Part shown: piece after piece, positions 59,992 to 64,000 of the stretch | Position numbering within the stretch: the stretch's first letter is position 1 | Layout: each line of letters begins with the position of its first letter | Source of the DNA: Candidatus Pacearchaeota archaeon | GTDB taxonomy: Archaea; Nanobdellota; Nanobdellia; Pacearchaeales; GW2011-AR1 | NCBI GenBank assembly: GCA_017609175.1 | Contig: JAFCEJ010000002.1 | Span: 2,782 to 66,781, forward strand | DNA: 64,000 bases | Reading direction: 5' to 3' | Notes under the pieces: model-generated | What the model was told of the DNA's origin: nothing | Databases searched by the model: none | What the model saw: the letters and a program-made list of their open reading frames with translations, nothing else | Position numbers and translations under genes: made by a program

Positions 59992-61215
59992 ATGCAAGTA
60001 CTATCAATTATTTATTTAGGGTATATGTTTGTATCAATTTATTTTTTATCTTTATTTTTACTTTTATTTAAAAATAATCGAAAGACTTTGTTTAGTTTCC
60101 CAAAGACGAAAAATAAGTATTCTATATCTGTTTTAGTTCCTGCTTATAATGAAGAAGATACTATTGAAGAAACTATTAAAGCGATTTTTGATGTTGATTA
60201 TCCTTATTTGGAGGAAGTTATTGTTTTGAATGATGGTTCTAAAGATAATACTGGAAAAATTGTCAAAAAACTTATGAAAAAATACAAAAAATTGAAATTA
60301 ATTGACAAGAAAAATTCTGGGAAAGGGGATTCACTTAATAAGGGGATTAAAATTGCTAAAGGGGATTTGGTTGCTGTTATTGATGCTGATAGTTTTCCAG
60401 CTAAAGATTCCTTTAAAAAAATGGTTGGGTTTTTTGACGATGAAAAGGTTGGTGCAGTGACATGTGTTTTTGTTCCAAGAAATAGAAACAAATTTATCGA
60501 GAAACTTCAGGTAATAGAGTATAATATAATTGCTTTTACACGAAAACTTTTGGATTATGTTGACGCTATTTATGTTACTCCTGGGCCTTTGGCTTTGTAT
60601 AGGAAATCTGCTTTGATAAAAATTGGTGGCTTTGATCCAAAGAATATGACAGAAGATATTGAAGCGACATGGCATTTGGCCTTTGAAGGTTATCAAAGAA
60701 AAATGTGTTTATCAACGTATGCAACTACAAAAGTTCCTAATAAAATCAAGGTATGGTATAGACAGAGGAGAAGATGGAGTCTTGGTGGTTTACAATGCAT
60801 TAACAAATACAAGGGGGTTTTTTTGAAGAAAGGAATGTTGGGACTTTTTATTTTGCCTTTTTTTGTTTTACAATTATTTTTGGGTTTAATTGGTTTAAGC
60901 ATATTTATTTATTTGACTGTAACCGGTTTTATTAAAAATTATACTTTTTTAGGATATTCTATTAATGTTGGGACCTCTGTAACTATGAGCGATTTTTATT
61001 TTACACCAAGTGTGTTAAATTATTTGGGAATTGTTTTGTTTGTTGCAGGAGGATTTTTTACTCTTTTTGTATTGATTATAATGAAAGACCAGATATTAAA
61101 GAAGCAAAATATTTTTAACATCCTCTTTTATTTAATCTTTTATCTTTCAATATATCCCCTTATAATGATCTCAGCAATTTATCATTATTTTAAAGGAATT
61201 AGAAAATGGAGATAA
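59992..61215 (+). CDS. processive family-2 glycosyltransferase (NodC/PgaC/cellulose-synthase-like)
   Basis: VLVPAYNEE, LNDGSKDNT, VIDADS, TEDIE and QRRRWSLGG (QxxRW) motifs, flanked by N- and C-terminal TM helices. Confidence 0.85.
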   Translation: MQVLSIIYLGYMFVSIYFLSLFLLLFKNNRKTLFSFPKTKNKYSISVLVPAYNEEDTIEETIKAIFDVDYPYLEEVIVLNDGSKDNTGKIVKKLMKKYKKLKLIDKKNSGKGDSLNKGIKIAKGDLVAVIDADSFPAKDSFKKMVGFFDDEKVGAVTCVFVPRNRNKFIEKLQVIEYNIIAFTRKLLDYVDAIYVTPGPLALYRKSALIKIGGFDPKNMTEDIEATWHLAFEGYQRKMCLSTYATTKVPNKIKVWYRQRRRWSLGGLQCINKYKGVFLKKGMLGLFILPFFVLQLFLGLIGLSIFIYLTVTGFIKNYTFLGYSINVGTSVTMSDFYFTPSVLNYLGIVLFVAGGFFTLFVLIIMKDQILKKQNIFNILFYLIFYLSIYPLIMISAIYHYFKGIRKWR

Positions 61216-61880
61216 AGAAAGCATTCAGGTCACAGAAAATTGTTTTTTTAAAAGCGTTAGTTGTAACTCTTATTATTTTTAATATTGGTGTTTATATGGG
61301 TTATAAATTAGAGGCTTCAAGAGCAGACAAAATAAATGCTATTTATCTTGAATCGGAAAAATTACTTTTGGATCAGCGGATTCAAAAAGAAGCATTTGAT
61401 ATTATTGATTTGGATTGTGATGATGCTATAAAGGCGAATATAGATTTTGCAGATAAAATTTTTGAAGAAGCATTAGGAACAATACATAAATATGAGGAAG
61501 CGAATAGGATTAATGATGCAATAATTTTTCAACACCAAAGGTTTGATCTTTTGAGAACTTTGTTTTGGATTAATAGTATAAAGATAAAAGAAAAATGTAA
61601 TTCTAATTATCATCATATAGTTTATTTTTATGATTATCGGGATCCTTCTTCTGAACAAAGAGGAAAACAAAATTTTTTCTCAAATTTATTAGAAGAAATT
61701 AAAAAAGAGAAGGGGGATGAAGTTATGTTGATTCCAATTGCAGGGGACAATGAATTGCCTTCAATTGATTTGCTTATAAGACAATATAACATTACCGAAT
61801 TTCCAACAATTTTGATAGACGAAAAAGTAAAAATAACGGATGTTAAGAATAAAAGAGATATCTTAAAATATCTCGGTTAA
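61206..61880 (+). CDS. membrane-anchored protein of unknown function, co-transcribed with the GT2 gene
   Basis: 224 aa; overlaps the GT2 stop by 10 nt; one N-terminal TM. The C-terminal FPTILIDEKVKI is reminiscent of a thioredoxin-like fold but has no CxxC. Confidence 0.4.
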   Translation: MEIKKAFRSQKIVFLKALVVTLIIFNIGVYMGYKLEASRADKINAIYLESEKLLLDQRIQKEAFDIIDLDCDDAIKANIDFADKIFEEALGTIHKYEEANRINDAIIFQHQRFDLLRTLFWINSIKIKEKCNSNYHHIVYFYDYRDPSSEQRGKQNFFSNLLEEIKKEKGDEVMLIPIAGDNELPSIDLLIRQYNITEFPTILIDEKVKITDVKNKRDILKYLG

Positions 61881-61920
61881 TCACATAAATCCTTAAAAAT
61901 TCTTCTGTTGTTTTTTATTT

Positions 61921-62613
61921 ATGGATGAATGTTTTTTTTGTGGGGCTGAGAATGTTAGATTATTTGATGCTGTAACAGATAACGGAATTGTTAAGGTTTG
62001 TAAGGAGTGTTCTTTTAATGAACATGTTCCGCTTATTCGGAGGCCTACAACGTTTCAATTGAAAGAGGCTGAAAAAAGAGGAATGAGTTTTCATGAGAGG
62101 GCAGATAGGGAAAGAAAAGAAATTGAAAAAGAAAAGATAAAAAGGGCTAGTATTGAAAAGCAGAATATTACTTTGAAAGATATTATTGATAGGAATTATA
62201 AACCAAGTGTTCGAGTTGATGAAAAACCAAAAATAAAATTGATTGATAATTTTCACTGGATTATTATGAGAGCAAGGAGAAAAATGCATCTTACCCAGGC
62301 GCAACTTGCTCAGGAAATTCATGAAGCTGAAGCAGCCATAAAAATGATTGAGCAAGGTGTTTTGCCAGAAGATGATTATCGGTTGGTGAATAAACTTGAA
62401 AATTTTCTTGGAATTAGGATAAGGGAAAAGGGAGGAGATTATGAACCTGTAATGGAAAGCGAGCCAGTTAGGATTTTAGACTTCAAACCAGATACTATTC
62501 AAAATCTAACAATTGCGGATTTGCAAAGATTGAAAAAACAAAAAGAAATGATTGAAAAACAAGAGCTGATGGAAGAGGTTAAAAAGAAACTAGAAAGTGA
62601 AGAAGTTTTATAA
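61921..62613 (+). CDS. zinc-ribbon plus XRE-type HTH protein (MBF1-like)
   Basis: N-terminal CFFCG...CKEC ribbon and HTH (MRARRKMHLTQAQLAQEIHEAEAAIKMIEQG), as in archaeal MBF1, with an extra acidic C-terminal extension. Confidence 0.55.
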   Translation: MDECFFCGAENVRLFDAVTDNGIVKVCKECSFNEHVPLIRRPTTFQLKEAEKRGMSFHERADRERKEIEKEKIKRASIEKQNITLKDIIDRNYKPSVRVDEKPKIKLIDNFHWIIMRARRKMHLTQAQLAQEIHEAEAAIKMIEQGVLPEDDYRLVNKLENFLGIRIREKGGDYEPVMESEPVRILDFKPDTIQNLTIADLQRLKKQKEMIEKQELMEEVKKKLESEEVL

Positions 62614-62869
62614 TGAAATTATATTATTAACCCTTTTATTTTTATACATTTTGAAGAGGTGGTTGTGATGAAAAAAGAATACAATTTTATCAATTTTTAC
62701 GTGAATACTGGCTATTTATATTAATCTTAATTCTATTTTCATATTGCTTTATGGAGCTGAGAGATAATCCATTAACTTTAAAAACTAATCTTTTAATTAT
62801 TTATTATGGAAATCTATGATTTCCAGACTTTCAAACTCCTATAATGTGGTTTGAAGGAGGTTCGAAATT

Positions 62870-63133
62870 ATGGAAATTAATGTTCTTAGAGCTGAGAAAG
62901 ATGAAATTGAAGTTGAACTTGGAAATTTAACTATTGCAGAGATTTTACGTGTTTATCTTAACAAAGACGCGAATGTAGGTTTTGCTGCTTGGAGAAGAGA
63001 ACATCCAACTAAAAGACCAAAGCTTTTGGTTAAGACAAAAGGCAAAACAGCAAAAAAAGCGATTGCGGATGCTGTTAAAGCTATTGAAAAAGATTTAGAT
63101 AAATTGAGTTCTGATTTCAAGAAATTAAAGTAA
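62870..63133 (+). CDS. rpoL: DNA-directed RNA polymerase subunit L (Rpo11)
   Basis: 87 aa; EVELGNLTIAEILRVYLNKDANVGFAAWRREHPTKRPKLLVKTKG matches the RpoL/Rpb11 pattern; AAGGAGGT Shine-Dalgarno upstream. Confidence 0.8.
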   Translation: MEINVLRAEKDEIEVELGNLTIAEILRVYLNKDANVGFAAWRREHPTKRPKLLVKTKGKTAKKAIADAVKAIEKDLDKLSSDFKKLK

Positions 63134-63265
63134 AAAATCTTTTTGTTTTCTATTTAGAATTTGTTTTATTAAGACTTCTATTTCTTGGGTGGTTAGCAAA
63201 ATCTTTGTGATTAAATGACAATTAAAAATATAAAACCTTATTAATTCTGAAGGATTATTTAAATT

Positions 63266-63991
63266 ATGAAAACTGAACGAATTTCTGCAGGGAGTTATGA
63301 TTTGAATAAGTGGCTTTTTGGAGGTTATGAAAAGGATATTATTACTATGATTGCTGGACCGGCAGGAAGTGGGAAGACAAATTTTTGTGTTTTGGTTGCG
63401 TGCAGTCAAGCAAAAAAAGGAAACAAGATTCTATTTATTGATACTGAAGGGGGGTTTTCTATTGATAGGGTTAAACAAATTGTAGGAGATGCTGCGGAAG
63501 AGATTTTGGAAAATATCTTGTTGATGCAACCGACTAATTTTGATGAACAAAAAAAGTTATTTTTGAAAATTTTGAATAAAATTAAGAAAGAACATATTAA
63601 TTTAATTATTGTTGATGGAATGACAATGCTTTACCGATTGGAATTGGGCGATGCGAAAAAAAACGATGAAAAGATTAAACAAGTGAATAAAGAGCTTGCA
63701 AAACAAATGAGGATTCTGGCTGAGATTTCGCGGAAACAAAATATTCCGGTGATTATTACAAATCAGGTTTATTCTGAATTTTTGTCAGAAGAAGAGTTGA
63801 GGAAGGGAGTGAAAAGGGGAGTTAATCTTGTTGGAGGCGATTTGTTAAAATATTGGAGTAAATGCATTATTGAATTACAGAATGAAAAAGGAAAGAGAAA
63901 AGCAATTTTGAGAAAGCATAGGAGTCTACCTGAAAAAGAACTGAATTTTATAATAACTAATAAAGGAATTAAAAAAAGAGGATGGATATGA
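63266..63991 (+). CDS. radB: DNA repair and recombination protein RadB
   Basis: 241 aa RecA-fold without an N-terminal HhH domain; Walker A GPAGSGKTNF, Walker B LIIVDG. Confidence 0.85.
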   Translation: MKTERISAGSYDLNKWLFGGYEKDIITMIAGPAGSGKTNFCVLVACSQAKKGNKILFIDTEGGFSIDRVKQIVGDAAEEILENILLMQPTNFDEQKKLFLKILNKIKKEHINLIIVDGMTMLYRLELGDAKKNDEKIKQVNKELAKQMRILAEISRKQNIPVIITNQVYSEFLSEEELRKGVKRGVNLVGGDLLKYWSKCIIELQNEKGKRKAILRKHRSLPEKELNFIITNKGIKKRGWI

Positions 63992-64000
63992 AGGATATAA

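Noticed and set aside
62845-62869. GGAGGTTCGAAA resembling a tRNA T-arm start
   Set aside because: No complementary CCTCC follows and no acceptor or anticodon arms can be drawn. It is the Shine-Dalgarno (AAGGAGGT) of rpoL.
1-64000. Search for CRISPR arrays, transposases/integrases, prophage genes, toxin-antitoxin or restriction-modification/defence genes, rRNA, SRP RNA and RNase P RNA
   Set aside because: I found no regularly spaced direct repeats, no recognisable mobile-element or defence-gene motifs and no rRNA-like conserved stretches by eye. The only dispersed non-coding repeat is the two-copy leader module reported above.

Overview
Strongly AT-rich, gene-dense archaeal chromosome segment. 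Gene content points to a small-genome DPANN-type archaeon (inference): MCM, TBP, TFE, aIF1A, aIF2-beta, aRF1, Alba, RadB, FtsZ, L15e/S17e, NAC/Sec61-beta, the tRNA-splicing endonuclease with intron-containing tRNAs, generally short proteins, and several bacterial-looking aminoacyl-tRNA synthetases. I annotate about 85 CDS, 4 tRNAs (3 with introns; BHB motifs drawn by hand) and one probable pseudogene. I saw no rRNA, CRISPR array, transposase or integrase. All functional calls come from motif recognition in the supplied translations and from my own reading of the DNA; no homology search was run. Most of the window is housekeeping: six aaRS, both tRNA-dependent amidotransferases, and replication, transcription and translation factors. 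The items most worth a second look are: (1) a ~95-135 nt GC-richer module present twice (35844-35978 and 52711-52847), each directly upstream of a minus-strand gene. It looks like a shared promoter plus structured leader, and the differences between copies are wobble-compatible only on the minus-strand transcript. (2) A bacterial-type DisA diadenylate cyclase followed 1 nt later by a DHH/DHHA1 phosphoesterase. (3) A structured intergenic region with mutually exclusive hairpins at 18459-18600. (4) gatB, gatD, gatE, aspS, gatC and gatA clustered within 10 kb, with a small island of unknown ORFs between gatD and gatE. (5) A mosaic of bacterial-type, truncated or split LeuRS, AlaRS and MetRS. I found no clear-cut novel multi-gene system such as a defence island; the candidates above are hypotheses.
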